Of a stretch of 16,930 bases of DNA, positions 1 to 7,558 are shown in pieces. Under the pieces are notes generated by a model, which made no database searches, was not told where the DNA came from, and was given only the letters and a program-made list of their open reading frames with translations. This DNA comes from Promethearchaeota archaeon (GTDB lineage Archaea > Asgardarchaeota > Lokiarchaeia > Sigyniarchaeales > SOKP01): positions 1 to 16,930 of the forward strand of contig JBHLOY010000029.1 of NCBI GenBank assembly GCA_048939995.1, in the 5' to 3' direction. The position numbers were made by a program, and so were the translations under genes. Every line of letters starts with the position of its first letter. The stretch's first letter is position 1.

Positions 1-758
1 GCTGAGGTACATGTAACCAGGGCTTCTTTAGTTACCCCAATGCTTGGCTTAAGCACAATGATTTCCCAACTATCCTCGTCAAAAACCGTCTGATAGCAAC
101 AATCCCTACCCGTTGCTGTAGCAGTGTTAATTATTGAGTCATCTCCATCTACAGGAACAGTAAAAGGAATGGAGAAGATTTTGACTTCTCCAACAGCTAG
201 AGTTCCAGTCCAACTAAACCCAAGAGCAGAATCTTCAACTATTACATCGTATAATTTAGTATTACCGCAGTTAATAACTTTAATCTCATAGGTTATAGAA
301 TCATCTTCATGGGCATATAATGGCCCCTCCTTCTCCACATCAATATTAGGAATAGGGCAGCAATCAGTGAATGTTGTGGTTGCTGAATTTGTCCCGTCGG
401 TCGCTGTTACTTTATAAAGTCCTGCTACCCCATTCAAATTGTAATACCGTTGGAAATCTCCTAAATCATCTGTAAAAGCATATAGTAAGACATCAGTTTC
501 ATCTGGTCTTTCTATTGTCAATGTTATTAAAGATTTAGGTTTGAATCCTGAACCATATATAGTCACTATCTCACCTGGTGAATAATCTTCTTTATCAGTC
601 CATATAACCGCAGAATCACTTAAGTTTAGTTGATTTTCGTTATATTTATTTATGTTAGAAGAATTATCTTCAGTTATAGTTTCGGAAAACGCTGAAAAAG
701 CAATAAGAAAAATGAGTAGACCGAATATTCCCAAAAATAATTTAGTTTTGAATTTCAA
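1..758 (-). CDS. Secreted/surface protein with an N-terminal Ig-like domain and DUF11-type repeats; partial, runs off the window start
   Basis: Translated by hand; not in the ORF track. TTG at 758-756 with AGGTG SD at 770-766; frame open to position 1. MKFKTKLFLGIFGLLIFLIAFSAFS is a signal peptide or anchor; WTDKEDYSPGEIVTIYGSGF marks an Ig-like domain; IDVEKEGP..ITYEIKVINCGN..VIVED..IINTATATG is DUF11-like; a further repeat begins at PSIGVTKEA. Confidence 0.85.
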   Translation of the reverse strand, partial: MKFKTKLFLGIFGLLIFLIAFSAFSETITEDNSSNINKYNENQLNLSDSAVIWTDKEDYSPGEIVTIYGSGFKPKSLITLTIERPDETDVLLYAFTDDLGDFQRYYNLNGVAGLYKVTATDGTNSATTTFTDCCPIPNIDVEKEGPLYAHEDDSITYEIKVINCGNTKLYDVIVEDSALGFSWTGTLAVGEVKIFSIPFTVPVDGDDSIINTATATGRDCCYQTVFDEDSWEIIVLKPSIGVTKEALVTCTS

Positions 759-851
759 TTAATTACACCTTTAATATTTAATTTTTAATATTTCGCCTTA
801 ATTTTTGATATTTTTGTAAATAGAGTGCAATTAATATTTATCACGTGGGTA

Positions 852-859
852 TATATAAA
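852..859 (-). promoter_or_regulatory. Candidate TATA box (TTTATATA) for the surface-protein gene
   Basis: TTTATATA on the minus strand with an A-rich upstream flank, about 95 nt upstream of the TTG; the AT-rich background limits certainty. Confidence 0.35.
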
Positions 860-1151
860 GATTTATTATTTTGTTACACAAATGGAGAAGGATTTTAATT
901 CAAATTTTAATTTAATTATTGAGAGACTTTAATTTTATAGTAAAAATTACTTTTGGAAAATATTCACGAACATGATTAACTTTTTCCTTAAGTATAAGAA
1001 TTTTTAAATAACTAAGTTAATTTCTTGGGGGTTTGTAATAATATTTTATTTCTTTTCCATGGACTAATTTTTGATTTAAAAGAAATCAATTTTAAAATTT
1101 TAATAATAATTGTGTTAGTATATATTCAATAAAAAGTAGTAAAATTAGGTC

Positions 1152-3623
1152 CTAAATATTTTGAACCTCTAAAATCTCTTTAATAAAAAGATTTGCGATT
1201 GATAGCCATTTTTCCTTAATATCTTGATTACAATAGGATTTTTCCATGAGTTCCTTACCAATTTGAAGGTTTTCTAATGCTTTTTCAAAGTATCTAAGCT
1301 CTTTATAACAAATACCTATTTTAACATGCGTTTGAAATTTGTACCACACATCTGGGTCTAATTCTAACGCCTTCTGAAACTCTTCAATTGCTTCAGTATA
1401 TTCTTCAAATGTCATCAGAATTTCTCCATAAGTATCATGAAATAGTCCTTTTTTAGGTTGAAGATCTATTAATTTTTTAATGATCTTAATTGCCTGTTCT
1501 CTCTGATTTAGATATTGTAACCAACTTGCCTTATGGTTTAGTAATTCATTATTGTCTGGATAAAGTTGAATTAATTCATCAATAATTTCAAGTCCTGACT
1601 CCACATTTCTCATTTTCTTAAATGCATATGCTTTTTTTAACTTAATCTCCACTTCATATTCAGGGAATAATTCTACCATAATATCAAGGAATTTTAAAGC
1701 ATCATCATATTCATTAAAATAAAGAAGTATTTTAATCTTGGAATTATATATTGACAAACTGGGATTTAATTCAATTGCTTTATTGATTGCTATAATTGCC
1801 TGTTCAAATTCTTTTATTTCAAGTAGAATAAGGCTTTTTAATTGGTACAGTATCGACTTATTAAAATTAGATGATTCAAAGACTAAATATTCATCGATAT
1901 CAACAGATCCATTATCATTTACATCAAATTCATTATAATGATAAATTATATTATAACCATATACTATACCCCTTATAGCACTGGATAAAGGTAAATTTGG
2001 ATATTTTAGACTCAATTTTTTAGAAAGTTGTAATGCTTTTTCGAAATTTCCTAAAGCCAAAAAACTGAGTATTCTGATAAAGGTTGTCGAAATATACACA
2101 TTCTCCTGATTTAATTGAGCCAAAGTAATTTCTTTTTCTATAAGATTTATCGCATCCAGATTTCTATTTGAGTAACAAAAAATAATTGCCTTGAAAATTA
2201 TAAGTTCGGGACTTTTTTGTTTGTCCTCAATATATTTATTTAGAATTTCTAAAACAGAAAGAAAATCTTTTTTATCCATTAAAGACTGTACCTTTTTGAG
2301 GATTGAATTGATTTTACTTTTATAAAGAGGATTTAAAAGTTCTAAAAGCTCAGGATTTACGAAATAAATTTTTTCTAAATTAGCTTGCGGTCCTGGATAT
2401 TGATCAAACCTTTGAACTTCCTGCCAAATTAACCCTTCGAGTTTATCATAAGTGTCTATTAATTTTTTTTCTCTTTCAACTTTGTAAGCTAGATCTCTGA
2501 TATATCCGGGCAAGAAATGATATAACGCATTTTTTAAGCCTTCATTAAATAGGGATCCACATATTTCATTCAAAATTTCTGTAATTGTAGATTCCATGGT
2601 GAATTTGAATGTTTCATCTGGTATTTCTTCAAATAATTTGTTTAAATAAGTAAATTTTGAAATTTGTTCTTCAATTACAGCATTGAGCATCTTTTCAATT
2701 TTTTCATTTGCTTGAAAATAATACGTCTCATCAAAATCTACCTTTAGTTTGAAAAACTTAACGGGATAAATATTTTTATCAACAATCTGAAGGATATGGA
2801 AATCAAGTATTAATCTTTCTATATTAAATTTTAAACAAAAGTCATTTGAATTAATATGGATAGGATATTGATTTGGATGATTCATCGCTAAGAATAATAA
2901 AACCTTATAGAAATCCTCTCTATTATCGAAGTTATGTTGAACAGTTTCAAATGGTAATCTTAATACGTTATAAAGAAATCTAAATCTAATTTTATTATCT
3001 GATATTTCATACTTTTTAAAGAATTGAAGCGTTTGGGATGTAAGTTCTTCAATCCTTTTACTTTCTTCTTGAAGAATTGATTGTCTATCTAAATCATATA
3101 ATTGAAGCATAGATGAATATTTTACCCTACCTAATTTAGTTATCCGATATTCATTATTATTTTTTTCTATGAAATTATTTTCTATTAGATTGTTTAAGGT
3201 TTTCGATAAGGAAGATTGACTGATTTTTACTGGAGAATCATCAATTGTAAAGTCAACCCATTTACAATAGTTATTATTATAAACCATCCAAAGGATCCAA
3301 TGTTCATAATTCCTAACTTTTATAATTGCTCTTGGTGGATAGTTTAACTCACGTTCTTTTTTTTTAATTTGAGATACTTCGTTAAATCTTCTTTTTCCAT
3401 CAAGAGTGATTTGATATTTATTGAATTCACTTCTAACAATATATCCTTGTTCTTTTAAGTTCTTTAAATATATTGATAATGTTGAGTGTTTAACCACTTT
3501 CTTGAAATCAGACCATCTACAAATTTTATTATTACTTAGTATCCAAAGTATGATTAATTCAAAGTTGATTTTGCCAACAATTGGTTTTAAAATCTCCTCA
3601 GGAGGATAATTTATGTGATTCAT
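1152..3623 (-). CDS. Protein with two tandem N-terminal winged-helix-like domains and C-terminal TPR repeats (putative regulator)
   Basis: Duplicated N-terminal unit (NYPP..ILW...NN..C.W.DF...S.LS..L.NL.E..[YF]I.....Y.IT..G) typical of wHTH. The C-terminus has TPR motifs such as HDTYGEILMTFEEYTEAIEEFQKALELDP and AIIAINKAIELNP. Confidence 0.8.
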   Translation of the reverse strand: MNHINYPPEEILKPIVGKINFELIILWILSNNKICRWSDFKKVVKHSTLSIYLKNLKEQGYIVRSEFNKYQITLDGKRRFNEVSQIKKKERELNYPPRAIIKVRNYEHWILWMVYNNNYCKWVDFTIDDSPVKISQSSLSKTLNNLIENNFIEKNNNEYRITKLGRVKYSSMLQLYDLDRQSILQEESKRIEELTSQTLQFFKKYEISDNKIRFRFLYNVLRLPFETVQHNFDNREDFYKVLLFLAMNHPNQYPIHINSNDFCLKFNIERLILDFHILQIVDKNIYPVKFFKLKVDFDETYYFQANEKIEKMLNAVIEEQISKFTYLNKLFEEIPDETFKFTMESTITEILNEICGSLFNEGLKNALYHFLPGYIRDLAYKVEREKKLIDTYDKLEGLIWQEVQRFDQYPGPQANLEKIYFVNPELLELLNPLYKSKINSILKKVQSLMDKKDFLSVLEILNKYIEDKQKSPELIIFKAIIFCYSNRNLDAINLIEKEITLAQLNQENVYISTTFIRILSFLALGNFEKALQLSKKLSLKYPNLPLSSAIRGIVYGYNIIYHYNEFDVNDNGSVDIDEYLVFESSNFNKSILYQLKSLILLEIKEFEQAIIAINKAIELNPSLSIYNSKIKILLYFNEYDDALKFLDIMVELFPEYEVEIKLKKAYAFKKMRNVESGLEIIDELIQLYPDNNELLNHKASWLQYLNQREQAIKIIKKLIDLQPKKGLFHDTYGEILMTFEEYTEAIEEFQKALELDPDVWYKFQTHVKIGICYKELRYFEKALENLQIGKELMEKSYCNQDIKEKWLSIANLFIKEILEVQNI

Positions 3624-3784
3624 TTTTATGGGTGCCTAACTAACTAATAATTATCTGTCTATTAATACCTTGTGGAATGAACTTCTATTGGACTTTTAAT
3701 TTAAATTTTAATCGAGTAAGAAATTTTAAAATATTAGGAGTGTATTTTAAGTTTATACAACAATTTTTAAAATATCTTATAATA

Positions 3785-4330
3785 ATGGATGAAATCAAGC
3801 TTGTCTTTAAAATTACTATTATAGGGGATGGAGGAGTAGGAAAAACCTCTTTGATCCGCAGATTTACAGAAAGTTCCTTTAACAAAGACTATATAAAAAC
3901 TATTGGTGCTCAATTTTCTGTTTATAATAAACAAATTGAGAATGTTAATATTCGATTGTTATTCTGGGATATAGCGGGTCAAGATGAATTTAGCTTTTTA
4001 AAACCTTCATTTTTCAAAAATAGTAATGCATCTATTATTGTATATAGTGTAGAAGAGACTAAACTTGGAGAAATTAGTTTCAATCATATTTTAAGTTGGT
4101 ATAATGACTTAAATCAGTATTGTGCTGATATTCCGACTGTAATTTTTGCCAATAAAATTGACTTAATAGATCAAAATGAATTAAATGATGCACCTATTCA
4201 AAAATTAGTCAAAGAACATAAATTTTTAGGGTTTTATTATACTAGCGCAAAAACAGGTCAAGGAGTCATAAACGCCTTTAATATAATAATTGATTCATTA
4301 TTTCAAAAATATAAATCTTTATCTGAGTAA
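3785..4330 (+). CDS. Rab-like Ras-superfamily small GTPase (181 aa; start probably 3785 rather than 3677)
   Basis: G1 GDGGVGKTS, G2 YIKTIG, G3 WDIAGQ, G4 NKID, G5 TSAK. The 36 codons upstream of ATG 3785 look like AT-rich intergenic DNA, and TTTATA at 3752-3757 fits a leaderless transcript. Confidence 0.93.
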   Translation: MDEIKLVFKITIIGDGGVGKTSLIRRFTESSFNKDYIKTIGAQFSVYNKQIENVNIRLLFWDIAGQDEFSFLKPSFFKNSNASIIVYSVEETKLGEISFNHILSWYNDLNQYCADIPTVIFANKIDLIDQNELNDAPIQKLVKEHKFLGFYYTSAKTGQGVINAFNIIIDSLFQKYKSLSE

Positions 4331-4444
4331 TCTAAAATATAGAATTCTGTAACTGGCTGTAGGGTAGTAACTCCAAAATAGATACAAAAGTCCATTCATA
4401 GTCCTCTTTATGAACCTAAATATATACTCATATATATACTAAAT

Positions 4445-4470
4445 ATTGAGGATAAAAAAATATCTTCAAT
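4445..4470. repeat. Imperfect inverted repeat ATTGAGGATA-N6-TATCTTCAAT upstream of the small ORF
   Basis: 10-bp arms with one mismatch (G.U pair if RNA), just downstream of the direct repeat ATATATACT at 4420-4428 and 4432-4440. Confidence 0.5.
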
Positions 4471-4520
4471 TGAGTCCAAAAAAATGATAAAACAAAAAAC
4501 AAAAAATGGAGTTGAAATAT

Positions 4521-4799
4521 ATGGTTCTATATAAGGAAGAATTAATATCGATTTTAGAAGAACTACCTGATGATATAGGATTAGTTGAAATTCAGAAGGT
4601 TATTTTACAGAAGGCATTACCATCGATACTAGAAGCACCAAAAAAAGAACAAAAAGAAATACAAAAGCTAGCTAAAAAAAGCCGTGAGTTAAGAAGCATT
4701 ATTAAAAAAGCACAATTGAATCCAAATTATCTTAGAGAGATTATTCCAATTAAAGAGGTTAGAAGAAATATAAATTATCGTAATTATGGAATGCTCTAA
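4521..4799 (+). CDS. Small helical hypothetical protein (92 aa from ATG 4521; 97 aa from 4506)
   Basis: GGAG at 4508-4511 precedes ATG 4521; amphipathic helical sequence; followed directly by T14. No recognisable family. Confidence 0.65.
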   Translation: MVLYKEELISILEELPDDIGLVEIQKVILQKALPSILEAPKKEQKEIQKLAKKSRELRSIIKKAQLNPNYLREIIPIKEVRRNINYRNYGML

Positions 4800-4800
4800 A

Positions 4801-4814
4801 TTTTTTTTTTTTTT
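4801..4814 (+). terminator. Oligo-T (T14) archaeal-type terminator
   Basis: 14 consecutive T starting 2 nt after the TAA at 4797-4799. Confidence 0.65.
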
Positions 4815-4929
4815 AAAATATAATAAAAAATTTTGAATTTAAAACATCTAAAACTCAGTTATGAATAATATTTAAAAGAAAATAGATCTTCATTAAATTT
4901 AAAAAAAATATCCAACAAAAACGTAAAAT

Positions 4930-4949
4930 TATCAGATCAAGATCTGATA
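4930..4949. promoter_or_regulatory. Palindromic operator candidate TATCAGATC-AA-GATCTGATA
   Basis: Perfect 9-bp inverted repeat with a 2-nt spacer, about 27 nt downstream of TTTAAA (4898-4903) and 25 nt upstream of ATG 4975. Confidence 0.55.
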
Positions 4950-4974
4950 TAGAAATCCATGTTAGGTAAGAGAA

Positions 4975-5229
4975 ATGGTAGATTTTAACACTGTAAAATT
5001 AAAAGATCTTATAGAAATGAAGTTTGGAACATCTATGGCTCAAGAAATTATTACTGCAATCCAAACAAGCATTGATAATAAAGAATCAAAAGCTCAATTA
5101 AAAGAACGCCTTTGGCAAGATGTAATTAAACCTAAGTTAAGTCTTGCAGATGCAGAAACACTTGGAATTTGGTGTTTTCTAGTAGAGCTCAGTGTATTTA
5201 TTCCTGCACCGCCTGAATTAAATATCTAA
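4975..5229 (+). CDS. 84-aa peptide, putative RiPP precursor (charged helical leader plus hydrophobic Trp/Cys/Pro-containing C-terminal core)
   Basis: AGGT SD-like sequence upstream; lies 76 nt before the B12-rSAM-SPASM gene; residues about 1-61 are charged/helical and 62-84 read TLGIWCFLVELSVFIPAPPELNI. The ORF is well supported; the precursor role is an inference. Confidence 0.65.
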   Translation: MVDFNTVKLKDLIEMKFGTSMAQEIITAIQTSIDNKESKAQLKERLWQDVIKPKLSLADAETLGIWCFLVELSVFIPAPPELNI

Positions 5230-5231
5230 AA

Positions 5232-5252
5232 TTTTTCCTCTAATTTTTTTTT
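5232..5252 (+). terminator. T-rich terminator/attenuator between the peptide and radical SAM genes
   Basis: TTTTTCCTCTAATTTTTTTTT directly after the peptide stop codon (T9 at 5244-5252). Confidence 0.5.
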
Positions 5253-5305
5253 CTTAGTATTTAAAAATAACTTGATTAAAATCTAGATTATAAGGAGTAT
5301 TTTTA

Positions 5306-7546
5306 ATGAGTAATAGTAAGTTTATTGACATTTTGATGGTTTTCCCTTCTGGTGGATCACTTCATACATCTAATTTTAAATGGAACTTGGGATCAGCATA
5401 CATTATAGCATATCTACAAGAAAAAGGTTTTAAGGCGAAGCAATTTGTTTCGAATGAGTCATACAATGTAAAAGAATGTGTTGAAATAATTATGGGACAT
5501 CGACCTAAAGTCGTAGGATTCACAGTTTATGAAACAAATTATATGCAAAGTATTCTAATTTCTAAGGGATTAAAAAAGTATAATCCTAATTTAATTATAA
5601 TTTTTGGAGGTCCTACCCCAACTGTACAATCTAAAGAAATTCTAGAAGGTAATCTTAGCGTTGATATTTGTGTTAGAGGAGAGGGGGAAGAAATTACTCT
5701 AAAATTATTATCTCTATTCTCTGATAATAATTTTAATCTAGTTAAAATAAGTTTAGATAATATTAAAGGTATCACTTATAGGAAAGGGAGAAGAATTATC
5801 TCTAATCCTGATAGCAACATTTTGCTTTTAAATCGATTCACGAAAAATTATTTAGATAAATACCCATCGCCATATCTTTCCAGAGTTATTCCAATATCTG
5901 AAGCTTCTCAAACAGGTATCATCACTGCTAGAGGTTGCAATCAAAATTGTATATATTGTAATTGTGCTGTAATGAGCAAGAGAAACATATTCTGCCATTC
6001 AATAGAAAGAGTAATTGAAGAATTGATTTTCCTCAATGAATATAAAGGACATTCAGGACCTATTCCAATTCAAGATGATGGTTTTACAATTATACCATCA
6101 AGAGCACAAAGGATTTGTGAGAGTATAATTGACAATAAAATCGAATTGCCTTTAACTTGCATTACACGATGCGACAAAATTACAGAAGATCTATTAAATT
6201 TATTGAAGCAAGCAGGTTTTGTGTCCTTAGGTTTTTCTCTAGAAAGTGCGGTTCCAAGAGTTTTACGAACAATTGGTAAGGTAAATCCTCCAAAAAGTAA
6301 AGATTCAGATAACTTGGAGAAAGAAATTGAGTTTATTGAAAAGTTGAAACATATGACTGCATATGCGAAAAAGATTGGAATAAGAAACATTTTTGTCAGT
6401 GTAATGATTGGATTGCCTGGGGAGACTATTCAAGACGCTCAAAAAACTATAGATCTAATAAAACAATTAGATCTAAGCCTTTACCAACATAATTTTTTCC
6501 GTATTTTTACGGGAACCCCAATTTCTCAAAACTATAAAGAATATGGATATATCGTTAAACCAATTGGTAGTAAAAATAAAATAATGACTCATAACAGCTT
6601 TCCTTTTAATATATATGAAGTAAAAATGGCACCAAATTCTACTAGAGAAAAAGAGTATAAGGCAATTGACTTTAATAATCTCAAAATTGTATCGATGAAT
6701 ACTAATCGCATGATTCAAAAACCTTATTTTAGCAATATAATAATAAATTCTGACATTATAAAACGTTCGCTTGTAAATTGGATTCAAGAAAATCTTGTAA
6801 TCAATGGAAGGATTATCCAAATTTATTCCAATAAAAAAAAGTATGTGAAGTACCGCTCTAAAAATTTAGCTACGCTCTATAACGAACTAATACCAACATT
6901 ATATTATGAATGTTATTATTGGGACAACATCAAGGATTTTTCTTCTCTAAAGTCAGAGAAAATATCCTTACTTGGAGAACAAATCGGATTAACAATTAAT
7001 TTTAAGCACACAAATTCAGCCTTACGAAGTATCAATATGAATAATGAGAATCTGATGAATTCAATCTGTTTTGATGATTCAAAAACCGATACACAAGCTT
7101 TATACGATTTCTTGATGGAAATTTCGAATAATGAAAACTATTTTAAAGATTTACTAGATAGTAAACCATTGCCTTATTTTCGGAATCTCTGTAGATGGAC
7201 GAAAAATGTAGCAAATTGTCAAACATTGGATACTGCGATAATTACAAGTGATAATTCTATTAGAATATGTTGGCATTCTCCCCCCATCGGAAAAATAGGA
7301 AATTCAATGTATGATTTAATTCAGAAATTGCAAGATTTATCAAAAAGTGTAGCTGAAATTAGAAGCTGTATTGAATGTTCACAAAACGTGAATTGTGTAA
7401 AATGCAAATTTCCATACCCATTATCTTCTACTGAGTATTGTGAATTAAAAAAAAAATCAAACACAGATTATCCCGCAAAAATTATTAACTCTTTAAATAT
7501 ATTTAAAGATTTATTATATGATCCAATTACGATTATTGATTTTTAA
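5306..7546 (+). CDS. Cobalamin-binding (class B-type) radical SAM enzyme with a C-terminal SPASM-like Fe-S domain; putative peptide maturase
   Basis: AAGGAG SD at 5292-5297. B12-binding domain (LGSAYIIAYL, PKVVGFTVY, IIFGGPTPT, DICVRGEGE); TARGC211NQNC215IYC218; GFSLES and MIGLPGET motifs; C-terminal C629, C638, C655, C688xxC691x5C697xxC700 and C712. Confidence 0.9.
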   Translation: MSNSKFIDILMVFPSGGSLHTSNFKWNLGSAYIIAYLQEKGFKAKQFVSNESYNVKECVEIIMGHRPKVVGFTVYETNYMQSILISKGLKKYNPNLIIIFGGPTPTVQSKEILEGNLSVDICVRGEGEEITLKLLSLFSDNNFNLVKISLDNIKGITYRKGRRIISNPDSNILLLNRFTKNYLDKYPSPYLSRVIPISEASQTGIITARGCNQNCIYCNCAVMSKRNIFCHSIERVIEELIFLNEYKGHSGPIPIQDDGFTIIPSRAQRICESIIDNKIELPLTCITRCDKITEDLLNLLKQAGFVSLGFSLESAVPRVLRTIGKVNPPKSKDSDNLEKEIEFIEKLKHMTAYAKKIGIRNIFVSVMIGLPGETIQDAQKTIDLIKQLDLSLYQHNFFRIFTGTPISQNYKEYGYIVKPIGSKNKIMTHNSFPFNIYEVKMAPNSTREKEYKAIDFNNLKIVSMNTNRMIQKPYFSNIIINSDIIKRSLVNWIQENLVINGRIIQIYSNKKKYVKYRSKNLATLYNELIPTLYYECYYWDNIKDFSSLKSEKISLLGEQIGLTINFKHTNSALRSINMNNENLMNSICFDDSKTDTQALYDFLMEISNNENYFKDLLDSKPLPYFRNLCRWTKNVANCQTLDTAIITSDNSIRICWHSPPIGKIGNSMYDLIQKLQDLSKSVAEIRSCIECSQNVNCVKCKFPYPLSSTEYCELKKKSNTDYPAKIINSLNIFKDLLYDPITIIDF

Positions 7547-7558
7547 ATGGAGGTAAGT

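Noticed and set aside
759-1151. Repeated TTAATATTT words in the long intergenic region as a possible array or ncRNA
   Set aside because: Low-complexity AT sequence with irregular spacing and no GC-rich stem; not CRISPR-like.
1738-3609. Short + strand ORFs 1738..1938 and 3421..3609
   Set aside because: Antisense shadows inside the wHTH-TPR gene with no motifs.
3677-3885. 36-aa N-terminal extension of the GTPase and the - strand ORF 3685..3885
   Set aside because: The extension looks like translated AT-rich promoter DNA; the antisense ORF overlaps the conserved P-loop.
5539-6820. - strand ORFs 5539..5775, 6070..6390 and 6473..6820
   Set aside because: Antisense to the well-supported radical SAM gene.
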